A stretch of DNA of 62,787 nt, filler included, from Octopus bimaculoides (Eukaryota): the NCBI RefSeq assembly GCF_001194135.2. It is 4 parts of 3 records of this genome, joined end to end, with 100 filler letters (N's around TTAATTAATTAA, not from the genome) between each part and the next. Parts side by side here need not be neighbours in the genome. Positions count along the whole stretch, not along the records: positions 34,355 to 57,119 come from NC_068986.1; positions 57,220 to 62,787 come from NC_068984.1; 2 more parts are not named here. One strand, given 5' to 3'. The position numbers and the translations under genes were made by a program. How positions within the stretch are numbered: the stretch's first letter is position 1; each line of letters opens with the position of its first letter. The notes under the pieces are model-generated. The model saw only the letters and a list, made by a program, of their open reading frames with translations. It did no database searches and was not told where the DNA came from. This document shows positions 50,065 to 62,724 of this stretch, piece by piece.

Positions 50065-50275
50065 CCCTTCTACTATAGACACACAGTCTGAAATTTTGGG
50101 GAAGTGGATAGTCAATTACAACGACTCCAGGCTTGACTGGTACTTAATTTTTCAACCCCGAAAGGATGAAAGGCAAAGTCGACCTCGGCAGAATTTGAAC
50201 TCAGAACGTAAAGACGGACGAAATGCTGCTAAGCGTTTTGTCCGGCATGCTAACAGTTCTGCCAGTTCGTTGCTT
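50065..50275 (-). mobile_element. SINE group B
   Basis: Full head-to-tail reverse complement. Confidence 0.88.
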
Positions 50276-50459
50276 TAATAACGTTCCTAATTAATGATGA
50301 AACTTAATCGATACAAAAAGTAGAAAATGTACTTCGAGCACCACTTGTTAGGCCATAAAAATACTGCCTGTAGTGATTTCAGCAGTTATTAAAGGGAGAT
50401 CACTTTCTATTTGCAAGACTTACCAAAGAAATCACTCGAAGCAATCACATATACAAAAG

Positions 50460-51612
50460 TACGAGGGGAAGTAAAAAATTACCTGCTCTTTTGTCAACAC
50501 TTTCTTTAGGTCGGTCGCACTGCTTTCAGCGAACTCGAGCTAAAAGGTGGAATTCTTGATCACTCCAGTCTTCTTTCTTGTGTTACAGAGTAAACATGGC
50601 CTCCCCGCTGGAAGTGTGCACCAAGGAAGAACAGAGATTAGCGATCCGATTTCTCTGGTATGATGGTGTGTCAGGGATTGAAATTCGTGCCGGCTTTCAG
50701 CACAATACAGGAATAGCGCTTTACGGTGTAGAAGCTTATATGAGTGGATCGAGAAGTTTAAAAATGACGAGAGTAGCATGAAGCAAATGAGGGAGCTGAA
50801 CGCCAATCAACCTCCGTCACTCATGTGAAAATTCAACAAGATCGAGAGATGATTATCGAACCGACAAGTGATCATCGAGGAAGTGGTATGTTCTCTGTAA
50901 ATTAGTCATGGTTCTGTATATGAAATCGTTTCCGGAATGTCTGCGAGATGAGTGCCAAGAGAGTTTACCGAAGAGTATAAACGCAATCGTGTGGAAATTT
51001 GTCAACGTTTACACGATGATGCTACAACGATGAAAGCGAAGCTTTTTTGGGAGAGAATAGTCGCAGGAGATGAGACCGGGGCCCATCACTTTGAACAAGA
51101 ATCCAAAAGGCAGAGAGTCGAAACACCTGGAATCGCCTGCGAAAAAGAAATTTAACACTCAACCGTCTGCAGAAAAAGAATTGCTAACTGTTTCTGGGAC
51201 GCAAAAGGGCCTATACTGGAACATCACCTGGAAAAGGAGTCCTTAACCACCAGTGTAGGCTACAGTGAAATGCTGGTCAGCAAACCGTAACCAGTCATTC
51301 GCACCGAACGTCAAGGTCTATTGTCAAAGCAAGTGTTTATTGTTGCACGATAATTCACACCTACATATGGTCTTCCATACCGTTCAAACCATTGAGGAAT
51401 TGAGTTTCGAGTTGTTGGAACACCCTGCATCCAGTTCAGATCTAGTCTCTTCCAGCTCTCTCTGATGGAATAAGCACGCTTGTGGACCTCTGGTAGAAGA
51501 GCATCGAAAAGCAAGAAGGCTATATTGAAATATGACGTAACTGTTCAAGCTTTGCTTGTATTTTAATAAATCACTGAAAAAAAGTGCGCATAATTTAAAA
51601 TTTATCCTTGTA
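50460..51612 (+). mobile_element. Mariner (DD34D-type) transposon, complete but pseudogenised
   Basis: ATG 50596 MASPLEVCTKEEQRLAIRFLW; VPREFTEE (WVPxxL-like); RIVAGDETGAHH; LLHDNS; HPASSSDLVSS (YSPDLAPSD-like); TA|CGAGGG left end and degenerate right TIR ending CCTTG|TA; multiple frameshifts. Confidence 0.92.
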
Positions 51613-53540
51613 GCTTTTTCTTTTTTTTTTCTCTTTTACACAGAACTGATTTACGTACTATACTACGTATTTATTTCATTGAACAGGTGGGAATTGAAAT
51701 CTGCTTAGAATCTAAAATTTACAGCTTTAAATATTACCATATACTATTTGAACAGAAATACCAAGAATTTATGGAAATTACTCGTCAATTGTTTACTCGA
51801 ACGATTAATCATTTACTATACGAATAAATTCGAAAATGACGAATTAGATTTAATTCATTAATTCTTTATAACTGAACTGTATTCCGTTTAACAATAGTTC
51901 AAGATCGTTATGAGTGGTTTAACTGAGAAAGTAACTAAGATAATTGAACTTCTAGCTAACAAACTAAATGACCTGTCATGTCGCTACACGTCTCTTAAAT
52001 AAAGCATTTAACTTTTGAATGATCTATTTTATGCAGTCGTAAATAGCAACCATTCAAATATATAGTTCTTCGCTTGAATATACGAGATTACTGTAATTTA
52101 GTTTGCAATACAAAGCTCAAACTCAGCCGTGAATAGCAAACAATCTCCTTTAATTGCAGTATAGAGTGTCCCATAACCTATTGTACCATTGAGACGCCCA
52201 ATGATCCAACAATGTTTTTGACTCCGGACAATGTATTATAAAGCATGTAATTCAACATTGTTCTTTCCTGTCAAATTGACCAATGGAAGTAATATGCATT
52301 TGAAAACAAGAATACGACAGTACAGTCTAAGTTGATAGTTACACGAAAGTATACAGCGCACGCGAATGGAAGTGGCCGATTTGATGGGGATCTAACAAAT
52401 CGAGAGCCCAGCGCTTAGTATCCTATCACTTGTCCTTACTACTTTCTATCCATTGTTATGAGACTTATCCAAAGTAACCCAGTCTAACTATTTGTAAATA
52501 TGTTGGATAGGATAGGAAAAAAAGACTGCTGAAAGAAGCAACAGTGTTTAATTAGAGTAAGATCTAAAATCCGAAGAAGCTGATGAATCCCTGCTTACCA
52601 ATAACTAATGCATAGAAGAGTTCAAAGGATGGTCCGATAATTCTTAATGCCTCGAGGAGTGAATAGTTTAACCTTTCGGGCTTTTGCCTTCACCAAAACA
52701 AACAGCAGCTGTTTCTCTTCTTTACACTCAGATGATGAGCAAAATTAGATTGTTAAGATAAGAAAAGTTAGATTGTTCGCCCGTTACGGCAACTGAACGT
52801 GCTTACAAGCCAACAGGAAGTATACTTTGCCAGTTTGTATGGTTTACGACACGCTATTAAGTGTTGTACATGTTTAGTCAATTGTTACATTAGAAAACTA
52901 CAGGAGAGGCAGGTGCATTTCTATGCTTTACCAGCCGGTCAGCAATTAAACACAAACACAAACAACATTAACAGTAGCTGGCACATTGAATGACTGTTCA
53001 TTGCTCGCTGATCTGTATCCGCCCTTTACTCACCTTGATAAAGTCTTTCTCAGATTTTACGTTTGTGGGTATTGTTTGGCTCCATTCAGAGTTTGATCTT
53101 TACACATTTAAGCCATCCAAACTGAAGTATACCGATTACGTTCATCCTCTAATTCCTTATGTACTTTGTACTTCTATATGTAAACCATGTTGGCAAAATA
53201 ACATAGTCTGCCATGGACACCTGTGCTTTGGTTCTTTCTTTCTTTTTCTTTTCTTCCTTTTTGTCACTTTTGCTATGAATTAAATTAATGAATTCAACGG
53301 GATACACCGTCTGCAAGTAGTTGGGTTCAGCATATTATCCTCCATTTTCTAATTGTTACACAAATTTTGGGTAAAACCTCCACTTTTACCCTCTCCCATT
53401 GATTGCACCTAGTATAGCACTAGTGTAGCAATAATTGGGTACCCTCCCAGCAGTATACTGGATAGATACTNNNNNNNNNNNNNNNNNNNNNNNNNNNNNN
53501 NNNNNNNNNNNNNNNNNNNNNNNNNNNNNNNNNNNNNNNN

Positions 53541-53896
53541 GGCAGCGGACTCGCGGTCATAGGATCGCGGTTTCGATTCCCTGACCGGGCGTTGTGAGTG
53601 TTTATTGAGCGAAAACGCGTAAAGCTCCACGAGGCTCCGGCAGGGGATGGTGGCGAACCCTGCTGTACTCTTCCACCACAACTTTCTCTCACTCTTACTT
53701 CCTGTTTCTGTTGTGCCTGTAATTCAAAGGGTCAGTCTTGTCACACTGTGTCACGCTGAATATCCCCGAGAACTACGTTAAGGGTACACGTGTCTGTGGA
53801 TTTCTCAGCCACTTGCACGTTAATTTCACGAGTGGGCTGTTCCGTTGATCGGATCAACTGGAACCCTCGACGTCGTAAGCGACGGAGTGCCAACAA
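53541..53896 (+). mobile_element. SINE group C (core Y + tail P)
   Basis: tRNA-like GGTTTCGATTCC after the gap; tail matches 40273-40460; central part differs. Confidence 0.85.
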
Positions 53897-54243
53897 TGTA
53901 TGTATGTAATAAACAAGACGAAGCGAGATCACCAATAATCACGTGAAACCGCAGGTTTTAAGTCAGAATGTCCCTCACCTAGATGGATGGTATGATAGCA
54001 ACAAGGGGTTTCTCAATCTCAGTGGTTTTACTGCACGCCCTGACACCAGCCCAGGATATTTCTGTATCTGCGCTCAGATAGGTTGTCACCACAACATGCT
54101 AGTTAAGCCATAGTTATGATCCCGATAGCTGCTATCACTCTTAGTCAGAGTAAACCTAACTAAGAAGTGGTTCCACACTCTCAATACCTTGAAACTCTCG
54201 AACCACAACCCCACTTCTGGCGGCAGTTTAAAGCCATGCCCAG

Positions 54244-54278
<35 letters not shown>

Positions 54279-54319
54279 NNNNNNNNNNNNNNNNNNNNNN
54301 NNNNNNNNNNNNNNNNNNN

Positions 54320-54372
<53 letters not shown>

Positions 54373-55146
54373 CATGCATACATACATACATTCATGCATG
54401 AACAACATACGTTACATTGTCTCTTTCAGTCGTTATGAATTTACTCAAACTTAATTAACAGATTATCATCTACAGTTTAGTAGTGTGTTTTTAACGTTGT
54501 CTGACAAGATCAACATATGACAAATCGATTTATTTCTTCGTAGTGTAGAAGCCAAATTCTCAGATTCTCAACGATATTAAAAATTCTTTGCTATGGCAAC
54601 AATATCTTTGTCATCTACCCTTCAGAATGATTTCTCACAAAAATGAATCTTCGTTTTAAATCATCTCTACCAGAGCATTCATATATAAATACATATATAT
54701 ATAAATGTAAATATATGTGTATCTGTGTATATACATATGATTTTATATGTATATATATAGAAAGAGATGTTTGTATTTGTAGAAATAAATATAGATGCAT
54801 GTAACCATTATGCACACACACACATGTACATGCGCTCGTACAAACATGCACATATATTAATGTTTCTTTTTATGTCGTATTATTACAAAGACAATTTTAC
54901 ATTAATCTGGAGTATTACTCAATACATTTTGTAGAGTAAAGATTTGTTATTACATTTCAAGAATAGGGTTGACAGAAACTTCGAAGTTACGATCTATTGA
55001 AGGTTAGCAGGCCGTAACATTGAAGTCATTATCAAAACTATTCTTTTAAAACAGTTACATATATAATATAATATGATATGATATATATCATTTTTAGCTT
55101 GCTAGTGATGCAATTTGTTTTGTTGAATTTCATTTATTAACGATGG

Positions 55147-55213
<67 letters not shown>

Positions 55214-55429
55214 ACCGATCTTACTCTTAATTACCCCATCAACAGATTGAGTCTCAAATCCTGCTTCATTTAGTTGGCTCCGCCTCAGAGCTTTACGGTC
55301 GCAGCATTAATGAGGGCAACGGCGTCACATTCCTCCTACGAAGAACTGAAATGTATCGTCACTTTTGTCAGCTCATTTTATATTTCTCTTCATTCTATCC
55401 GACTCTCATTTCTGAAATCTTCATCAATT

Positions 55430-56080
55430 ACCTTAAACATTCGACAAACACGCCATCTCCTGCTCCCAATTCTACCATTACTGCAGTCTATGTATCCGCA
55501 ACCATGGGGTTGCGTAAACAGGCTAGCAGTCGTGGCTAACCTATTTACCCAACGTGATTACCCTCGAATCATCACCCATGCCACCTACCGTACAATCGAC
55601 TGCACCTCTACTCTTATACTTGCGTTCGCCTCCAGTATAATCCTCTTTCCTCTACCTTCTTCCATTCTGTCACCATCCTCAACGGATCAGCCACTGCACC
55701 CTCAACGTAGAGATATTTTCAGTTACACTTCTACTACCTTTATATACGTACTCAAGCTTTTATTCTGTGATTCAATTTTTATCGTGCTAAAAGACCACTG
55801 ACTCCACTAACCACCTCATCCAATAGCTCTCGATTTTTAGTTTGATCCTTAAAACAGGATCCCAGCTCCCACTCTTGCTACCAGAATTCTGGAAGCAACC
55901 GGGACTCGGATTCTTTTGATAAACGTTCACCCATGTCGATTTAAATTCCGTGTGTCAGTTTAACTAATTATTAATACCATACTGGCACACGCTTCTGTTT
56001 ACTTCAAAAGACATACCTGTGTCTCAGATCTCCTTGTTTTCCTTCTCTGCCACATTACATACGCTTTGACAAATCGCTTA
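55430..56080 (+). mobile_element. Penelope-like element RT C-terminus / GIY-YIG start, relic
   Basis: KHAISCSQFYHYCSLC and FTQRDYPRIITHA resemble PLE K..IPYSQ.LR.RR.C and F..RGYP..II; HTCVSDLLVF..C resembles the FTC.S.N.IY.I.C start of GIY-YIG. Confidence 0.5.
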
Positions 56081-56084
56081 ACTA

Positions 56085-56272
56085 ATTCTTTTCTACTCTA
56101 GGCAGAAGGCCCGAAATTTTGGGGGAGGAGGCCCGTCGATTAGATCGACCCCAGTACGCAACTGGTACTTAATTTATCGCCCGAAAGGATGAAAGGCAAA
56201 GTCAACCTCTGCGGAATTTGAACTCAGAACGTAAAGACAAACGAAATAGCGCTAAGTATTTCGCCCGGCGTG
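56085..56272 (-). mobile_element. SINE group B, young-looking
   Basis: Close to the group B pattern; interrupts the PLE relic. Confidence 0.9.
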
Positions 56273-56924
56273 AAATCGCTCAATTAATTGAATCATATAT
56301 ATGAAGAGCCCATAATTTCTTTCTCCCCTTTCCAATATGACTCGACTGCTGAACCTTAAATAGAAGATGGAATCACAAAGACCCACTCATGAACACACGA
56401 ATCTACGTTTCCTGTCTTCGGTCACTTTAATAATACATTATTGTTTCTAACACCTCCTATCATCCATTTTCTGTCGCTCCAGTTTGCAAGTGGCTTTGAA
56501 TCCAAAACGAAAATCTTGAAAAGAAATTGCAATATCTTTGAAGTAATCACAAGAAAATAAGAATCTCTTACTATCTTAGACAATAGCAAGAATGATGATT
56601 ACTTTCACGAATCAAATTTCTTCATACGCACTATAATTAACATTTGATCGAAAACGAAGGGAAAACAAACATTGAGTTTGAAAGGTGAATCTTCTTCCTT
56701 ATAGAATTCCAATCTACAACATAGATAACCTTCTCGAAAGATCGGGCACATATTATTAGCAGCGAGGTGAGTTAAGATGTGAGCAGAATTAGGTGGGTTA
56801 CCGAAAATATACATGTAGTTCTATATATTACTCTTTCGATTTCTACACTAGCACGTATGAATTATAGATCAAAAATAAATTAAAAGCAAAAGTAAAATGC
56901 ATGTAAATATTTCATCCATAAGCG

Positions 56925-57075
56925 CCTTAGGCATGGCATGTAGTAAGAAGCATGGTTCCGGGTTCAGTCTCACTGCGTGACGCCTTGAGCAAATGTCTTC
57001 TACTATAAACCACGGGCCGATCAAAGCCTTGTGAGTGGATCTGGCACGCGGAAACTGAAAGAATCCCGTGGTATA
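56925..57075 (+). mobile_element. SINE group A, 5' half
   Basis: Runs into its internal (TA)n at the end of the piece. Confidence 0.85.
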
Positions 57076-57079
57076 TATG

Positions 57080-57119
<40 letters not shown>

Positions 57120-57219
57120 NNNNNNNNNNNNNNNNNNNNNNNNNNNNNNNNNNNNNNNNNNNNTTAATTAATTAANNNNNNNNNNNNNNNNNNNNNNNNN
57201 NNNNNNNNNNNNNNNNNNN
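57120..57219. other. Artificial scaffold spacer N44-TTAATTAATTAA-N44
   Basis: Same layout as the other two. Confidence 0.95.
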
Positions 57220-57260
57220 AAAGAGAGTGAGTGAGCCTCTTCATATATGTTTCTGTATGA

Positions 57261-57420
57261 GAAGGCGAGCAGTCCCGGAACCCGGCCGAGCGGGCGCCGG
57301 CGACGACCGGCAGCGGCTGGGACGACGCCGAGCACGCGGAGGCGCTGCGGCGACGAAGACCGCTGCTGCTGCCGGAAGCCGTTTTTCGGCCCGACGCCCG
57401 GGTGCGACCTGCGATCGCAC
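57261..57420 (+). other. GC-rich fragment with high-GC bacterial-like codon pattern
   Basis: 28 consecutive codons (57267-57350) end in G or C; peptide EQSRNPAERAPATTGSGWDDAEHAEALRRRRPLLLPEAVFRPDARVRPAIA; strand is ambiguous. Confidence 0.55.
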
Positions 57421-59375
57421 GTGTATGTGGGTGTAAAATTAATAATGTATCTTAATGCATTGAAAAATATTATGCAGTAATAAAAGTCAAATGAAATCAT
57501 TTATTTTAACGGAAACTTTGCGACCGTTGTTTCCTCAAGATTTTTCCTTTCGAGCAATCTGATAAGATATGAATAATCAGTTTTTATTTCCTCTGCTGTC
57601 TCATTTACTTATTAGAGTAGATGAAGAATTATTCAGTGGGGAAAAATACTCGAAGTTCATTTTGTATTACATTGTCCCTTTCATAACCATCAGGCAGTTG
57701 TCTGATAGTATTGATGAAAGTTATTATGGTGATTCTCACGGTGGATTTTGCAGTGAACTACATCTATCTTTCATGTAATTCACAAATGTTTCGTCAGCCT
57801 CGATAGTTAGGTTTACTGCGCGTAAGGTTGACTAACTGCTATTTCATAGATGTGGAGATTAGCACGACGTGACAGAGCCATTTCCTGTAACACTCACAGT
57901 ACTCGACTTCAAAGTTGCCTGATTAAGATACAGTTTGGTTGGTGCGTTTTTATCGGCATACAGAGATCCCCGACCCTAAAGTCATTCATTGCCAACAATC
58001 TCCGTCAACCCGTTTTTAATTGTGACGCTAGACATCCCATTAACTGCATAGTCTAATAAATAGAAAGGACTTTGAGCAAAACACAGAAGTTAATGTTTTC
58101 ATGCGACATATCTACAATAACGCCAGAACGTTTAACAAGCGCACTTGAGAGTAGTTAGTGCTGTTTTCTTCCCAAAGGCGTACGTTATTAAGAATCTCTA
58201 TTAATTTGCTTTTAAATGGGATAGTAGATATTCCATTGAATGTACAGTCAAACCAGCAACGCACAAAAGTTAACACTGTTTTATTGTGATCCTACTACAC
58301 TACCATCAGGATATTTAGCAAGCGTATAGGAGTGCCAAAGCATGTATGAGCGCCAGAAACTTTTAATCATTGTAGAATAGGCAGAATTAACTTTTAATCA
58401 TTGTAGAATTGGTAGAATAGGTAGAATAGGTTACCATTCACATTCTTTTTTTTTTCCACTGTTCTGAATTCAAATCTCGCTACAGTCAACTTTCTTTTTG
58501 CTCCCCCCAACAGTTAATAAAACATGTACCAGTCACACAATGGAATCGACATTTTCCAAAATATGTGATATGTGCCAATATAAGAAATTGTTATAAATGA
58601 TTGAGGGCAGTCACTGAGAACCAAGTAATATGCCGGTTTCAGTATTCGATCCTCAGAAGGGGAGACGTTGGTAAAAAAGCCAAACCTACCTTCACTTCGG
58701 TTTTCGTACTTGTCCTCCACCTATGGCTATGAATGTCGGTACTAACCGAAAGAATACGATCCCGAATACAAGTGGCCAATATTGGAATGGTCATGGGGGA
58801 TCCTCCGAAGACATTCTGGAGTAATGTTACTCAATAGCTCGGACTTCAGGGAATCTGTCCAGGTCGAGTCACTACTCTGCATTGAGAAGTCACAGCTCTT
58901 ACATATGTCAATGTAAGAATTACTGTTAATAATTGGGGTCAGTGATTTGGAACGACAGTAGAGCTCCAGTGAAGTACTGGTGACAGGTCAACCAATTAGC
59001 TATACCACCTCCTCCTCTTCTGCTGCTGCCGCTGCTAAATTTGGTACATTATATCAACCAACTAAACAGCAAACGCCTCCTCCTCCAAACTTCGTTTACT
59101 GCCGTATCAAATCACTCGACTACACCTCATTGGCCGGATTTTATGTAACTGCGGCGTCAATTTTAGAAGCTAGGTCAGGAATTAAAGTAAACTAAAGTGG
59201 GTGGTAAAATCGGTGTAGAGTGATGTGAAATATTGGAGTTCGGTTATGAAGTGTTAATTCGCTCCAGATCCATGGTTTTCTACCAGCGTTGGTAATCCTT
59301 ATCGTTAAAACAGAATGGCTGAGCATCACTGAAATACAGGGTTCAATTTAATGTAAACCCTTATGGTTAATAAAG

Positions 59376-59414
<39 letters not shown>

Positions 59415-59459
59415 CCATCATCATCACCATCATCATCNNNNNNNNNNTTGCAGCATCCC

Positions 59460-59511
<52 letters not shown>

Positions 59512-59512
<1 letters not shown>

Positions 59513-59735
59513 GTGGTGAGCTGGCAGAATCGTTAGCACACCGTGCAAAATGCGTAGCGGTATCTGGTCCGCCCTTACGTTCTGAGTTCAAATTCCGCCG
59601 AGGTTGACTTTGCCTTTCATCCATTCGGAGTCCATGAAATGGGTACCAGTTAGGCACTAGGGTCGATGTAATCGACTTAATACCTTCCCCCAAATTTTAG
59701 GCCTTGTGCTTCCAGTAGAAAGGATTGTTATTATT
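59512..59735 (+). mobile_element. SINE group B, full length, between (ATT)n tracts
   Basis: GTGGTGAGCTGGCAGAATCGTTAGC head, GAGTTCAAATTCC B-box-like, tail GAAAGGATTGTTATTATT. Confidence 0.9.
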
Positions 59736-60082
59736 ATTATTATTACGCAGTGGCGGTATCATGGCCATTATTATTATTATTACGAGCTGTTAGAATCGTC
59801 AGAGCGTCGGAAAAAATGCTTTGCGGATTTTTGTTTTGGCTCTTTACATTCTGAGTTCAGATCTGAAACGTAACCGAAACCGTTAGCCTTAAATGTTCAT
59901 TCTAATCTTAAATCTTGATCTTAATTTTTAAACTAACCTTAATGCTAACTCTAAATTCTAAATCTTAGACAAAACTTAAACCAAAGAACAAGATCCTACC
60001 ATTTAACTCTAGATACTAGCTCTTACGGTGCTCCTAAAAAAAGAAAACCTACGCCCTTAAACCACAACGTTATTCGTTAAAC

Positions 60083-60684
60083 CCGGGGACATCAAATACC
60101 GGGCCACAGACCAGTAACGAGCTGTGGATCATTTAGTACTGGGGTGCACAGAAAGATTGAATTTTAAAATTTTATTTCTATTTTACAGACTATCGCAGTC
60201 TGCACAGTATTTTTGTATTACATATGTATTATATGTATGAAGGCGCATGGTTCAGTGGTTAGAGCGTCGGGCTGACAATCATCAGGTAGTGAGATCGATT
60301 TCCAGATCGGGTTGTGTGTTGTGTTCTTGAGCAAGACACTTTATTTCCACCTTACTCCAGTTCACTCAGCTGTAAAAATGAGTTGTGACGTCACTGGTGT
60401 CAAACTATATCGGCCTTGGATAACACCGGTGGCATGAACAGGGGAGACTCGTATACATGGGCAACTACTGGTTTTCCATAAACAACCTTACCCGGACTTG
60501 TGCCTCGGAGGGGAACTTTTTAGGTGCAATACCATAGTCATTCATGACCGAAGGTGGGTGGGGGGGTGTATTATATTCGTAATGATTTAATTATATATTA
60601 TGTACTTTATCGTGTTTTGTTACGTATGAAAACTTGCTTTGCATGAAACTGGTTCGTGCAGTAAGAAAAGGTTGGGGGCCGCTG
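60083..60684 (+). mobile_element. hAT-Charlie-type MITE interrupted by a SINE
   Basis: Left end CGGGGACATCAAATACCGGGCCACAGACCAG..GCACAGAAAG, right end AAAAGGTTGGGGGCCGCTG; imperfect 8-bp flanks CGTTAAAC/ACTTAAAC. Confidence 0.6.
60239..60556 (+). mobile_element. SINE group C (core X + tail Q)
   Basis: tRNA-like head and core shared with 40137-40277; different tail ending CATTCATGACCGAAGG. Confidence 0.85.
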
Positions 60685-61006
60685 ACTTAAACCATTGATC
60701 TAAACCGTATCTAGGAAACTAAATGCTGAAGCCTTAATACTTTATAGTATGAGGCTTCGTCACTTAACACTAAGTTAACTTACATCCTCTAACAGACGTG
60801 ACACATATGTGCAATAAGGTGTCACGTTTATGAGTAATTCAATATCGGTTATGTCATAAATGAACAAACATAGAAGCAAATAGAAAGAAGTATACAAATG
60901 TTGATGTAAATGAGGAAGACAGACAGGCAGGCAAACAGGCAAGCAGGCAAACAGGCAAGCAGGCAAACAGGCAGGCAGACTGATTGACAGACAGACAAGA
61001 AGATAG

Positions 61007-61051
<45 letters not shown>

Positions 61052-61290
61052 GGACGAGTGGACAGACAGACAGATTGATAGATGATAGATAGATAGATGG
61101 ACGAGTGGACAGACAGACAGACAGACAGACATACAGATAGATAGATAGATATCTTTCTTTTATTAGCCACACAGGGCTGCACACAGAGGGGACAAATACA
61201 ACTGTAGAGCTTTTCTTTAAAAATAAAAAAAAAGGTAAAATTAAAATTAAAAAATCCGATCAAAAGGGATCGGGAAGGGCAAAAAAAAAA

Positions 61291-61388
61291 TGAAGCTCAA
61301 GAACACAACGAGCCGCCCAGTCAGGAAATCGAAGCCACGATTCAGCGATCGTGAGGGCAACAGTCTGACCACTGGGCCACGCACCTTC
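61291..61388 (-). mobile_element. SINE group C head only
   Basis: GAAGGTGCGTGGCCCAGTGGTCAG..GGCTTCGATTTCC..GTGTTCTTGAGC. Confidence 0.7.
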
Positions 61389-62542
61389 TATTATAGAGCA
61401 ATAATAGTATTGTGGGGAATATCCACACTTATTCATCTCATAAAGCGGTGAGATAAATGAATGAAACATACAATTTTTAAAACAGAAGCTAAAGAACTCG
61501 GTGTAACCTCGACGTCCTGAGTTTAGTAATCACCGGACTCGATTTGACCGTCCATCCTTTAGTGAATATTTGAAATAAAAGAGTCAAGTAATGAAACAGA
61601 TTCAACAGACTGTAACGCTTTCCTACAAATCTGTCGAGCAGGAGGCAAAATATGTAATCGATATTGTGTAATATTTTTTTAGTATTCCAATATTTTAACA
61701 AAGAGCAAGGGTGAAATTTTCGGCATGCTCTTGGCAAATCGTTTCACCAACATATTTTAGCCTACAGGCTGTAGCATTTTTATTTTGTAATTTTTAATTG
61801 CCAATAACGACAATATAATTATAAACGTTACCTAATCTCAAATACTCCTCACCCTTTTCTGCTCTCCTCGTCTCTTAAACTTTTCAAGTAATATAATAAA
61901 AAAAAACCCTCTGTTTTCCGATATCTAGAAAATTTTACTTCCAGTCCTGTCATTCAGAGAAATAATCCGCTATGACGTCATATCATCAGCGTTCTTTTTT
62001 GTTTTGTTTTTTTATCAAAAAATAATGATGTATCATTTACACGGGGAAACATGACTCGAATGGAAATTTGTTGGAAATGTTTCTATTATGACGTAATAGT
62101 TGTCATTTTCTTTTTCTTTTAACAAAACCCTGACCTTGCTTATTGCTTTGTTGTAGCTTCATTGCTTCAGCAGACACTAACATTCAAAGTATGCAGACTA
62201 GTTCTTGTCAGTTAAATCCAAAACATCAGGGAGATATTTCAACTAACCAGTATAGTAAAACAGATGATGAAGTTAGTCTACAATCACGAAATTCACTTTA
62301 GGCATTAAATACACCAGCTGGAATCTATAATAAGTAAATCCTTTGATACGTCGGTAAGAGTTTTGTCTTCAATACGCAGACAACCAGAGAGAAATCTTCC
62401 ACATACACCGCACAGAAATACATAGACATTGTCGTAGTGTATACATGTATATGCGAATGCGACTGGTCTGCTGGTTAAAGTGTCTGATTCATGATCATTA
62501 AGTCGTGGTTCATAGACATTGTCATCGTATAAATATATACAG

Positions 62543-62665
62543 ACGCAGGCGTGGTTTTGTGGTAAGAAACTTGCTTCCAAACTACGTGGTTCTGGGTTCA
62601 GTAACAAAGCATGACACCTTGGGTGAGTGTCCTCAACTGTAGCCTCGGGCTTACCAAAGCCTGCG
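62543..62665 (+). mobile_element. SINE group A, 5' fragment
   Basis: GCAGGCGTGG..GGTAAGAAACTTGCTT..GGGTTCAG..TAGCCTCGGGC..ACCAAAGCCT. Confidence 0.75.
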
Positions 62666-62724
62666 GTTTAAACGGTCAAGAGCACTTTAAAGATATATGA
62701 GCATTGTGTAATTTAAAGAAGTAT

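Noticed and set aside
53034-53121. Minus-strand exon-like segment with CTTCAG acceptor and AAG|GTGAGT donor
   Set aside because: All three frames contain stops and the peptide is not recognisable; it could only be a non-coding exon, which needs RNA evidence.
58990-59200. Possible promoter (CCAAT-like ATTGG, CT/GC-rich tract)
   Set aside because: No associated gene start or transcript evidence; such motifs are common by chance.
61971-61989. Minus-strand CTGATGA followed by the palindrome TATGACGTCATA
   Set aside because: No GAAA, stem III or stem I follows, so it is not a hammerhead.
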